Below are positions 14,288 through 25,802 of a stretch of 64,000 bases of DNA, piece after piece; position 1 is the first letter of the stretch, and each line of letters opens with the position of its first letter. Source of the DNA: Cladosporium halotolerans (taxonomy: Eukaryota); assembly GCF_011745625.1 (NCBI RefSeq), contig NW_027191485.1, forward strand, positions 124,001 through 188,000, in the 5' to 3' direction. The translations under genes were made by a program, and so were the position numbers. The notes below the pieces were generated by a model. The model saw nothing but the letters and a program-made list of their open reading frames with translations, ran no database searches and was not told the DNA's origin.

Positions 14288-15226
14288 ATGGCTCTCAACC
14301 TCGAAAAGCAGTTGCAATTTGTAGGAACAACCAAATACTTCAGTCTCACTTGAGGCAGCAGACACTAATATGTGACAGTACGGAGCTTACCATTACAATC
14401 CGGTTTGTCCGCACGCCCTGGCCCGCCATCGCTGATGGGTTGATTTCTGGAGGCCTTCCGCATTAGCCGCTCTGCTGGGCAACACTTTTGCCAGAATAGT
14501 TTCAACTTCTCTGACGGCGATGGCTTAGCGTCAGAAGATGTACTTCAACACCAAGGGATGGTCTTCAGATTTCAACACATCAGCGGTGGTACTGCCTGCC
14601 GAGCCTCCCTCTTACTTACGCCCAAACACAGGTCAACGTCGCCATTCACATCACATGTGTACCAGCAATCCTTCTGACCGCCTTTCTTTTCGTAGGTACC
14701 ATGCTGAGCTTCTCTCTGCGCCGTCCATATTTTTGACACATTTCTGCAGGGTACAAATACTCCGGCTGTCCCTATCCCTGATTGGCTCAGCATCCCCAAC
14801 TTGCCGCCTAATTTGGGCACGATAGCAGCTGTGGTCTACAGCACCTTATACGTGCTGATGGAGCCAGTAGCTGGAGGCTTGCTTGCGCCCATACTGATTG
14901 GCGGAACGGCATATGCCAACCACCTGACTTCAAACTACGGCATGACCGCCAACTACATCGCCATCGGCGTTCACGTCCTATCGTGGGTGGCCCAATTCAT
15001 TGGTCACGGCATTTTCGAGGGCCGCGCCCCGGCGTTGCTCGACAACCTCGTCCAGGCCTTGTTCCTGGCTCCCTTCTTCGTCTGGCTGGAGATCCTCTTC
15101 ATGTTCGGATACAGACCGGAACTGAAGTCCAGACTGGACGTTGCAATCCAGAAGGACATCAAGAAGTTCCGCGACGACGCCGCCGCAAAGAAGGCCAATG
15201 GATCAACGAACGGTCATGCCAAGTGA
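14288..15226 (+). CDS. DUF962 ER membrane protein (Mpo1/YGL010w-like 2-hydroxy fatty acid dioxygenase); introns 14321-14378, 14403-14631, 14692-14749
   Basis: LEKQLQFYGAYHYNPVNVAIHITCVP and WVAQFIGHGIFEGRAPALLDNLVQALFLAPFFVWLE. Confidence 0.9.
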
Positions 15227-16181
15227 AATACAACGCGCTGGAAGCCGACGACGAACAACTACCACGCAAGGGAAAATCGAGAAGATGAAGCGGTACTCGG
15301 GTGTGTACATTTCGACGGCAATGTGTGATTTTCTTCTTTCCTCTTTTCTCACACGGTTAGCACGGCGAAAACGGAAGCATTTCAGATTGATTACTCGAGC
15401 TTCTTGAAGCGTTTTGCGTCGCCGCAATCGGGCTCGACCAGGGTTGCAGAGCGTTTCTATTTCTAGTTGTTCGTGCTCTTCATTCATTCTCATCACAATA
15501 TCAAATTCAAATCATGCTATTCCCCTTCAGATGAGCTTGGTGCATCCCTCAAGAGCAGCAAGCGTAGACAAGCAACATTTGCTTCGTGGTTAAACCGACG
15601 CGCGAGCGTGTATCAATACTCGATCATAGCAATCGAGGAGCATATTATTGGCGAGATCAACAGATCATTTCTCCATGTAGTGTAACGCTTTCAGCGTACT
15701 GCTGAGGAGGCCTCGCAGATGGTCCATCACGCAATCTAGACATATTGCATGGCTAGAATAACGTTCAATACGCTCCCAAATCTGTACGTGGTCCGTGGAG
15801 GTCTGTTAATTGGACAGACTAATCGATCATCCACATCTACAACGATTTGGACTTCATGGACACGTGTGAAACTAAATCGCCGTCTCCACGATCTCGCCAG
15901 GTTTGAGTGTCCTAGTGTGAAAACGATGCTCTGGCTGAGTGGGGAACGCATGCAAGCTGCGGTGGCGAAAGCAAGTGCACCCTCCGCGTTCTGCAATCGT
16001 CAGACCGACGACGAGTCAAAGACCACAGACAACTGGCGCTGGACCGCCAAAACACACACGATACTCACGAAAATACGCCCTTCACATCGTAATCTACCTT
16101 ACTCCACTACACACGAAGCTAGACGACATCCTGGCGGACGACACGGGAAGATCCGAGGACGGCGCACAGTCCACACAGCCC

Positions 16182-17207
16182 ATGCCCTTGACGATCAAGC
16201 CTCCGAGGCCGCCATCAGAGCCTACGGGAGTCGCACCGCAGCCTGCAACCTCGAACGACGGCTCCTCGTCGCCTGTCGCGCCTGCGTACAGCCCCATCAC
16301 ACCCAAGGTCCAACCTGTGCTACCGGCCGTAGGCCATGGCGACAATGGCTTCGACGTCCCTCCAGTGCCGCCGGCGGACACTGATGCCGACATGATCCAC
16401 CACGATCTACCTGTCGAGCACTCATACGAGCATATACCTCATCACACGTTGGGAGGGAAAGCGCCCATACCGCCGCCGCCTGTGTCGAACATACCCGAAA
16501 CGCCGTACATGCCCGAGCCGCCTCCACAGCCATTCTCCAGCGAGGACTCTACAGATGCGATTGCGCTGCGCGCCGCGATCTCGGCTTTACAATTTCAAAA
16601 ACAGAAGGCGCAAGGAGATCTACAGGCGCTGGATGCGCTCAAGAAACAGGCGATGCAGGACCCCGAGCGCTTCCGGCGCGAACTTGTGTCGGGGGGACTG
16701 AAAGAGCAGCGACATAACTTTGGTGCCATTCGAGATGTACTGGATGCGCCAGCAGAGGACGGCGACGACGATGATGAGGTCATGCTGGGCGCACAGGAGG
16801 AAGTAGACGGTGCCGATTCGCGAGGTGGTGCTGAGCCAGACTCTCAAGCTTCATCCCAAACGTCTCCGCTCAAACAATCGACAAGCAATCAGTCGCCCTT
16901 CCCACCCATACCAGGACCACAGGACGTTGTCCGTATGCCGCCGATCAATTGGGAAAAGTACAACATCGTCGGCGACCCCCTAGATGCTCTCCACGAACAG
17001 CAGCGACGATGGCCAGGCAGTGCGCCGGGTGCAGACTACCGAGGGCGGGAACATTCTGTCGCTGCGCCATACAGCCCATTCCTCGACAATTTGGATTCTC
17101 AGGCACAACAGCAGCCGCAAAGTGCTAGGAATGGCAGTCAAGGGACCGCTCCTATAGCGCCTGGAGCGGACCAGGCGATGGAGACGAGGAGGACTAGCAA
17201 GAATTGA
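16182..17207 (+). CDS. Hypothetical protein (Pro-rich N-terminus, coiled coil)
   Basis: Long ORF with coding-like bias; ordered blocks DAIALRAAISALQFQKQKAQGDLQAL and PGPQDVVRMPPINWEKYNIVG; start codon inferred. Confidence 0.75.
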   Translation: MPLTIKPPRPPSEPTGVAPQPATSNDGSSSPVAPAYSPITPKVQPVLPAVGHGDNGFDVPPVPPADTDADMIHHDLPVEHSYEHIPHHTLGGKAPIPPPPVSNIPETPYMPEPPPQPFSSEDSTDAIALRAAISALQFQKQKAQGDLQALDALKKQAMQDPERFRRELVSGGLKEQRHNFGAIRDVLDAPAEDGDDDDEVMLGAQEEVDGADSRGGAEPDSQASSQTSPLKQSTSNQSPFPPIPGPQDVVRMPPINWEKYNIVGDPLDALHEQQRRWPGSAPGADYRGREHSVAAPYSPFLDNLDSQAQQQPQSARNGSQGTAPIAPGADQAMETRRTSKN

Positions 17208-17855
17208 TAGCTGTACCGCGTAGTGCAGACTGTTGATAACAGTGTGAACTTCTCAGCGTCCCAGCATGGCTCTTGCTTTAGATAGACAGGATATTCAAAT
17301 GATGCACTACGCAATGCATGATGAGAAATGGCATTACGATCTGATCTTCCCACATCCTCAATCCTCAATCCTCAATTAATAGCCACCAGTGCACGATATC
17401 GCTGAGTCGCCTCGAAGAGAATCGAATCTCGTAGAAATGAATCTTATTCACTCCTCGTCCGTCGGTCCGAGTATATAGAGCAAAACATACTTTGGTACCT
17501 ACATAGATGTACAGTATAGGCTCAGGCATGCCAAGCGCGGCAGGCTTTCCGCGTACGGCGCTCGCGCGACTTCACTCCAAGAATGTTAACGAGCGCGCGC
17601 CGTGCATCATATGCCCCGTCGACCTTTCAAGTGCTGAAAGGCTTCCATTACTTCGACCTCTCAATCTCGCGCCGATCAATCTCTCTGGAAGTCTTTCAGG
17701 CATATTACTCAGCCCTTTTGCACGCACCCCGCTCCCTGGAAAATCATCTGCGACAATCCACCACCCGCCGCCCGACATCCTCGCAACCGCAATAAAGCCT
17801 CGACAGCCCTCCCGTCAACCCCTCCAGGCGCGCGCGCGCCTCTCCGACCGCAATT

Positions 17856-18500
17856 ATGTTCTTCGTGCACGAAATGGAAGAGCGCATCCCGCTGCACCCC
17901 TCCTACTTCAGCTCGGAAGCGCCCGACTCGATCCGCGAGCTGCTGTACAAGCGCAAAGAGGGCACGAACACGGGCACGATGATGATCGTGCGGATCATCG
18001 GGATCCTGGAGATCAGCGAGCCGAAGGTCGCGCCCGGCACGGGCATGGCGCTGTACACGATCTCGTACCGCGCGGTCGTGTGGCAGCCGTTCCGCGGCGA
18101 GGTGGTCGACGGTGAGGTGTCGCAGGTGGTGAATAATGGGTTCTTCGTGGATGTGGGCGCACTGAGTGTTTTTGTTAGCAAGGCGGTGAGTTTATGCGAT
18201 CTGAAGGGGTGGAGGGTGAGGTATTGGAGATCGAGGGAGGCTGATCGGTATGATGCAGATGATTCCGAGCCAGCTCAAGTTCTCTATGGAGGGCGCGACG
18301 CCTTCTTTCGCCGACAATGAGGGCCAGATCGTCGAGGCTGGGTCGCAGGTGCGGTTGCGCATCAAGGGTATCCGTTCCGAGTTGAACCAGATGTATGCTA
18401 TCGGCAGCATCCGTGAGGATTATCTTGGGTACGGCGCAATGGCCTTCTCGAGCCGCTCGGTTCTATTCGCTAACTGCTCCACAGTCCTCTTATGCAATAG
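17856..18500 (+). CDS. RPB7: RNA polymerase II subunit Rpb7; introns 18186-18258, 18429-18484
   Basis: MFF...IPLHPSYF, YRAVVWQPFRGEVVDG, AIGSIREDYLGPL. Confidence 0.93.
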
Positions 18501-18854
18501 ACCCGGAACGGTAGGCCTTTCAATGCTCTCCGCGCAAACTCCAGCGGGAGAGCTCCTTTCATCTTTATTACAGCGGTGTACCAACAACTTGGACTTCAGC
18601 GCGGCGTTGGAGAGACTGATCAAAGCGGTGCTCAAAATGGAAAAGAAAGCGGGCGAGGGAGGATCATGTTTACGTTTTTCATGTCGATCAAGATACCCAA
18701 TCAGGACCAAATGTTCGTCAACTACCTGCTTCACTTCATCTGTGACGCTCGATTACTTCTCCTTCGATCTGTGACCCCAAATTACAACAAAGGTATATAC
18801 AACGACGACACCACATCCCAAGCAACCCCGCCGATGTCCAAAGAAAACAAAATC

Positions 18855-21111
18855 TCACCGCTCATTCTCCATCGCATACCAAAACTCCTCATCCACCCCC
18901 TCCCTATCCGGCACCTCCCTCCCGCCCACATCCAAGCCCTTCACCCGCATCTCCAAATCCTGCCAGTCCACATCCTCCCACCGCAGATTCAGCATCCGCA
19001 GCCGCACGCCCCACTCCTCCATCATCTGGATCATGCTCGTCGTGCTCTTCGTGATCGGCTGCTGGTTCAGCAGCAGCAGCAGGCCGTCCAGCCACTCGGC
19101 CGCCAGATCGGGGGAGGAAGGGTAGAGGTCCAGGAGTACGGATTCGGGCGCCCCGGGGCCGGAGCCGAGGATGCTGATTTTCGTTGTCGGTTGGGGAGGG
19201 GGCGCGGCGCGGACGGAGTCACGGATTGTGGAGGTCGTGGATGCCGTGCTCGCGCCTGCTGCTGCTGCTGCTGCTGTGGCGCCGGGCTCGGAAGCGGAGA
19301 CATTGCTGTCGACACTTGTGACGACGTTCAGGTCGATTTTCTCGTGGAGCTCGTCGAGCGTGGGGTTCTCGTACGTCTTGGCCGGGTAGGTCTGGTAGTG
19401 CAGGTAGCGGCGGGTGGGGCTCAGGCGGACGAAGCGCCAGGCGACGGCGGTGGAGGAGGACTCCGGCGCGGTCGGGAACCAGCTGCCCTGCAGCATGCAG
19501 CGGATGCGCTGCTCCTTCATGAACTGCAGGCTCTCGTGGTAGAGCTGCTCGCGCACCTGCACGAGGTGCGGGCCCCACGCGTCCTCATAGACTTCGCTCA
19601 GACCGTCCATTTGCCAGGCGCGCGCGGTCTCAAGAGTGACGGTGCGCATGTCTTCTTCGATCTTGCCGATTTCTGTCCGCCGGGGTGCTAGGCCGATCAC
19701 GCGCTCGACGACGATGCGGATCAGCTCTTCGATCTTGTAGAAGTCTTCTAGTCCCGCGCCGGAGAGCTTCCAGAGGCGCAGGAAGGCGTTGAGCGTCGCG
19801 GTGTGTAGTCTGCCCCATTGGAGGAGTAGTGGGCGGTAGATCTTGTCCAGGTTCCTGGGTTGGTCGAACCGGTCGCCGGCGGATATCCCTCGCGTGTGAC
19901 CCATCGTGACCGGCGCCTCCAGCTCTGCAGTCTCGTCGACCTCGAAGTGCTCGTACATGATGAGCGTGACACCCAGACTCGCTCGCACCAGCGGACACCG
20001 CTGCTCGCGCGGTTGAACAGCCTGCTCCAGGAAAATCTTATGATAGCTGTCGTTGTTCCGCCTCGCATAGTCCACCAAATCCATAATGCCCAAATACCCC
20101 GTCTCCTCAAACTCCCAAGTGGGATTCTCCGTCTCAAACCCCAGCCGCCGCCATTTCTCCGGATGGTGTCTGCGACTGCTCTTCCTCCCAGTCAGCTGAT
20201 CCAGCGTGTCCTCTGCCGTCTGCTCGAACTTCTCCGGCCTGCTCAGGATGTGCACCGTCTTCAACGCCCGCTTGTGCTCCGAGATCTCCGTGTTGACTTT
20301 GACGCCGCGCCACTTCCGCAGCATGATCTTCGTCAGGCCCTGGAACTCCAGAATCGCGGCCGCGAGCGGCGAGCTCATGTCGCTCGCCGCGTCGCCGCGC
20401 ATGAGCATCCCCACCGCGCCGATCACGCCCAGGTCTTGTAGCCGCTTGATGAACTTGGGCCATTCGTTTTCGCCGCCGTTCGCGACGGCGTCTCGCATGA
20501 GGGCGTTGACGAGGTGTAGGGCGCTTGCGCAGAGGGCGTGGTCGGAGGCGCTGAGGCGCTGGACGAGGGATTCCAGGAAGGTCGGCCATTCGTCCAGGGC
20601 GGGTCTGATCGCGCCGAAGCCTGTGTTGGCTGCTGTCACGTAGTCGGAGGCGCCGTTCAACGGGCGGCTGACGACCAGGACGAGGATCGTGAGGGCGTTG
20701 CGCACGATGTTGACGAGTGGGTGGGTTACGGCGAGTTCGACGGCCTTGTGGTTCCCGATGTCAGCGCATGTATTCCTCTATCGTCACTCTCTTTCCCCTG
20801 CTCAATACACGTCTTGTCCAAACCCGCCAATTATCACTCACCTTCTCAACAACCTCCCCATCCACAACCTCCCACCCCATGTCCAGCTCGAGCAACACCA
20901 CCAAGCCTCCCAGCGCATACGCCTGCGCGTTCCCACTCGCAGCCAGCACGCACTCGCGCAGCGCCGGCAACCCATCGCCTTGTATGAACGCGTCCGCAAA
21001 CGAGGGATCCGCCAGCAGGCCCTGGAGTTTGAAGACGGCGTATTTGCGCGCGCTCTCGCTGTTGGCATTAAGTCCTGCGACGAGGGTCTCGACGTCGGGT
21101 GGGTCGTCCAT
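18855..21111 (-). CDS. ELMO/CED-12 family protein with C-terminal PH domain; intron 20745-20841
   Basis: WRRLGFETENP, CPLVRASLGVT, FMKEQRIRCMLQGSWF, WRFVRLSPTRRYLHY, AAEWLDGLLLLL. Confidence 0.88.
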
Positions 21112-22852
21112 TGTGTGAGGTGTTGTGGAGGAGAGCGCAGGTGGCGTGGATTTGTCGCGTGTCTCTGGGCGTATGTAGGAAGTGTAGGGTAGTGTATATA
21201 CTGATCGAGGCGCAAAATAGGCAGAGGTCGCGAACTCCGTCGTACTCTTTCACATGCGCCGCCGGCGCGTCCCTCTTCAGTGTCGCGACCGCAATTGTTC
21301 ACACGCGCAGCCAATCGACCTATCTCCAAAAATGTCCCAAGCTCTTGATTCAAACGAAAGCAGCCGTCGTCAATATACAATATATCCAAAGGTAAACACA
21401 GCGCGCACATCAATCTTCACACCAACGACCCCTTCCCAAGGAGCTCCCTCCCAAGCGCGCGGGCGCCGATCGCCGTTGGCGCTGGCGTCGCGCAGTTGCA
21501 GTAGCCCCGATGCGATCGGAAACTCCACGCCCACACTGGGTCTTCGAGAACAATTCGTGGGCCCGGCTGCTCGGAATGTGAAGACTGGTCCAGGCCAGGC
21601 GGAGTGGAAGCAATTGAATGTTCCTATAGTTGAATGGGATGCGATCAATTAGGGCTCGAGTTGTCACGACGGATGTGGGGAGCTCGCTGGGAGACTTGAC
21701 CCTGAGAAGGAATCCCTGTGGGCGATCTGAACCAGGATACCTAATACTACCTTCCACCAGTCATCCGGGAGTCTGTGGCATGTCTCTCTTCCCCCCTCGT
21801 TCTCTCCGGTGAACGTTACATCCCCAATTCCTATGAGAGATGGTAGCACTTCAAGGTCGATTTAGATTCGGGGGAGGCTTCTGAAATACCGACAATAGTA
21901 GCTCTCCCTGAGATGAATAAATTTGTTACTGTACTACCATCCCTCCCCGACTTCCCTAAAGTGACCCTCCGGCAGAGACCCAAGAAACATGTTGTGACAC
22001 GGGGTTTGGCAGAACCAAGTTTCTATTCATCAAACCACTGCTCCCTCTTCGAGAACAGGGCAGCAATCCCACCCTACCTAGGTATCATCTCCTCTCTCCA
22101 GTGGTTAAAGTCTCTCCTTCCCACCCATTCAGATCCTCCTCTACCATATACCCAGCTAATAAGTCCCAACATTACACGAACCCAGACCAAAAGACTCGCT
22201 CCAGAACGCATCATCATCGTCAAAAAAGAAAGAGTCAAACATGCATTCCATCCCCGGTACCGTCATCGATGTATCCCCATTACAACCCTCCATTTCCCTT
22301 CAAACTTCCTCTTGATACCGAAAGAAGCTAGGGGGAAAAAAACAATGCAAGCGCACTCGACCCCGTGACTCGTGTAATAGCACCTTACCAGACCCAGGCT
22401 CACGCCCAGCCGGTTTTGCGTGGCCTGCCCATCCACCCACCAAGCGACCAGGCTTCATTACCACCATATCAGTATCCCGAGCCTAAGTGAAGCTCGGAAG
22501 GCAACTGTACACCCCTCCCGGCGCGTTCCATCGCGGTCTGTGGTGGGAGAGGCGGAGGACTGGGCTGTAGTGGGATTATGGCAAGAGTTCTCTCGGCCGG
22601 TTCCAAATCCTGTATTAGAGGGCAGTCTCACTGAGCGAGGTCGATTCGCCTGCCGAGCGTACTGGCTGGCTCGACGAGCACCCTGCTCCCGCCCAGCCGT
22701 GTGCCAAGTCGAGCAGCTGTCTAAGCCTCCCGGCAGTGCAAACACGCTCTGCGGCGCGGAGAGCCGACAAAAGAGGGATCGTATCTTGCGTTCGAACGAT
22801 AGCTCGATAAACCCTAGCGGGTTCCCGAAAACCTCATCTCTCACGTCAGGCC

Positions 22853-24803
22853 TCATTTCCGCCACCCGACGTTCCACAGCACGTGCGCGATGTCCCTCGC
22901 CGTGTTGACCGTCTCCGACAGCCGGCCGAACATGCCCGCGGCCATGAGGTCGTCCTCATCCTCCTCGTACGGCATGAACATGCCGCTCTCCGTGCGCCGC
23001 ATGCCCTCCATCTCGTACGGGTCCGAGGCGTCCGGCGTCGTCGGCAGGCCGTACGCTCTGCGCACGGCGTCGTCCTCGTCGTCGTCGAAGGAGTCCCGCG
23101 AGATGGCGTAGCCGCCGTTGGCGCGCGCCTGGTGCACGGCGGCGGCGTTGGCGGCGTCGCGGGCGCTGAGGGTGGGCGGGGTTTCTTCTGAGGGGGAGGC
23201 GGCGGCGCCGAGGGAGGATTTGGGGTTGGAGGCGCCGAAGGACCAACCTGAGCCGGAGGAGGGGGTGGAGTCGTCGTCGTCGTCTTGGCCGAGGAGGAAG
23301 TTGCGGCTTGGGCGGGCGGGACGGAGGGTTTCTTGGCTGGCGCTTGGGGAGAGCTTGCTGGAGCTCCAGGAGCGGGTGAGGCTGGGTGGTGGTTGTTGTT
23401 GTTGTTGCTGTTGCTGGTTGACTTCGGCGTCTTCGCGCTTGTATTTCAGGGTTGTTGATGGGAGGGTTTCGATCGTCTTGAGGTTGCTGTGGGAGCCGTT
23501 TCTGCTGCCGAGCAATCCCTGGCTGGAAGTGTTTCTTCGGACGGGTGGGCGTTTCATTCGCCTCATCATCACGACTCCGTCGTCTTCGCTTTCTGAGCTT
23601 GAGGGGCCGGTGGTTTCGCTCTCGATGGCTTCCTCGTCTTCTTCATCAATACGTTTGCATTCGACAGCGATGCATTGCTCGACCGTGTCGTCGAAGCGGA
23701 TGTGTTTCTTCTCACGGCATTCGGACGGCGTTTCGGTACCTGATGTGCTCTTGCTGGTGAAATACTCGATCTGGTCTCTACTAGGGACCTCTGAGTTAGC
23801 ACCCGGCACGAAGTCGGAGTAAGTCCTTTCATGTGATTTCTTCATCGCAGATCGGCGGCCCTGGGCCTGGATGGAAGCGGCGGCCTGCTTCAGCAATGAC
23901 GATGCGGAGATCGACCTCTGCAACATGACCTCAGACATGCTGCGCTTCTTAAGGATGGGCTTCTTGTGTGTGAAGGAAGTGTTTCTTGAAACAGCCGTGC
24001 TGGAGGTGTTTTCATGATGGGTGATTGGGTGAGTGGCGGCTGGCTTGAGCGGGCCGTATAGCCAGGTGACATCGCTTTCCTTGAGCCTAGGCATTGTCAG
24101 TACATGCAAATCTGATGGAGACAATATTATTTACTCACCAGTTAAGCGTCTCCGGGCTGACGGTAGGTAGGTGATATTTGCTCTTCACCCACGTCCGCCA
24201 GGCCGCATTTTCGAGTCGACTTTGCTGTCCGTAGACCTTCCTCTGCGACACGATATGTCGCCAGGACGACCAGACGTCTTCTTCCCTCCAATCGTGACTG
24301 AGGTAGTCGACATGTTGTGATGGCTCTTGCTTGATCGCGGTGTCATCCGCTACAGGTGTGGGGAGAGGCGAGTCGGAGGCGGTGGTATCCGAAACAGTTG
24401 TATTTGACTCCGTTTGTTCGTCGCTCGAATCGCTCGGCTCACTTGACTGAAGGAAACCATCGAAGCAGGGGTAGTCATCTTCGAAGTCATCCTGCCGACT
24501 GTATTTGTCGGCCAGGGAAATGCCGTTACTAACCGGTGTCGGGTCCTGCTGGGCCATGTTGGCCAGATTTGACGTCGACGCTCGAGAAGGTGCGAGGCTC
24601 GGAGCCGGTAGTGATACCCGCTCATTGTGTTCTGCATGATCCATTGGCGGAGGGGAGGAGAAGGTCGGCCTGGGTGTCGGTGGTGTCGAACTTGTGGAAG
24701 GTGGTGATGTGCCGAGGAAGAGTGACGAGGAGGCAGGGGAAGATTTGCGGGAATTGTAGAATGAACCCTCGCCGTTCTGGCTGGGAGCCAATACTTCGGC
24801 CAT
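22853..24803 (-). CDS. Protein phosphatase 1 regulatory subunit, Reg1-like (DUF1752); intron 24087-24138
   Basis: HVDYLSHDWREEDVWSSWR, RLENAAWRTW, VSPETLNW|LKESDVTWLYGPL, KPILKKRS and PP1-docking motif KHIRF. Confidence 0.88.
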
Positions 24804-25713
24804 GTTTCTTTGTGGATATGTTTTGGTGGCTTCCGATGAGAAGAGAGATGGATTGGTTCGGTCCAACGAGTGTGCGATCAAAGAATGGTGGTCTTCAATG
24901 CCGTCGAGGAGCGGGACTTGAGGTCTGTAAACAGCGATGCCTGCGCGGTGCGGCTCTGTTGTTGGGAGGCTGCCGTCATGTGTATGCCGAAAGGGGTGTG
25001 TGTCGGTTTACTGCGTCTGCCCGTTCATTTCTCCAGGTGCGCAGGCAGGCGGACGAGGCGGAATGGCGCGGCGGCGGCGGCGAGGAGCGGAGGCGGGGCG
25101 AGTGAGGGCGCGGTCGGCGAGAGCGAGGGCGATTGAAGAGGCGATTGGGGTGGAGGAGTCGGGGTGTTGTGCGACGGGTTGTGGGATGGAAGAAGGCGGG
25201 CGAGCCGCTTGGCCGCGGTGTCTGTAAATCTGGTCCGAATGAGTGGGTCCCGAAACTGAAGTGGGCGTTGGAGTTGGAGTAGCGCGCGATCCAGACGGCG
25301 GCGCTAAACCTCGGGCCAAACCGGCGCTGGCGGCGCTGGCGACAGACTGCGGGAGTGCGGGGTGGGCGAGGGCGAGGGCCAGCCAAAGGCACGGGGACGG
25401 GGGCCTCAGCAGGCCAGGCAGGCAGGCAGGCGGACAGGCAGGCGGGTGGACTCGCACTGGTGTAGAGACAGGGAGCGGCGTGCAGGCGCGTGTGGAGCTG
25501 CTCGTGCTTGGTGCAGCGCGGTGCAGGGTGGTGCAGGAGCAGGGAAGGCGGGCTAAGGCAGTCCAGGCCGCTGTGCGGTGATGCGACTACGGACGAGATA
25601 CGTCGCTACTAATGTACTAATGTTGCTGCTGGCCGCGCCGGGAGCAAGCTCTGGCCTCGAGGCCTACTTTGGCCGCGGCGTAAGGCAGGCTTCTGCCGAG
25701 CTGCTGGGACTCG

Positions 25714-25802
25714 CTGGCCGCGGTAATCGTGGCACTTGGACTGGCCGCGGTAGGCGTGGCACTTAGACTGGCAGCGGTAGGCAAGCCACTTGGACTCGCC
25801 GC
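25714..25802. repeat. 27-bp minisatellite, about 3.3 copies
   Basis: ctggccgcggtaatcgtggcacttgga / ctggccgcggtaggcgtggcacttaga / ctggcagcggtaggcaagccacttgga / ctcgccgc. Confidence 0.85.
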
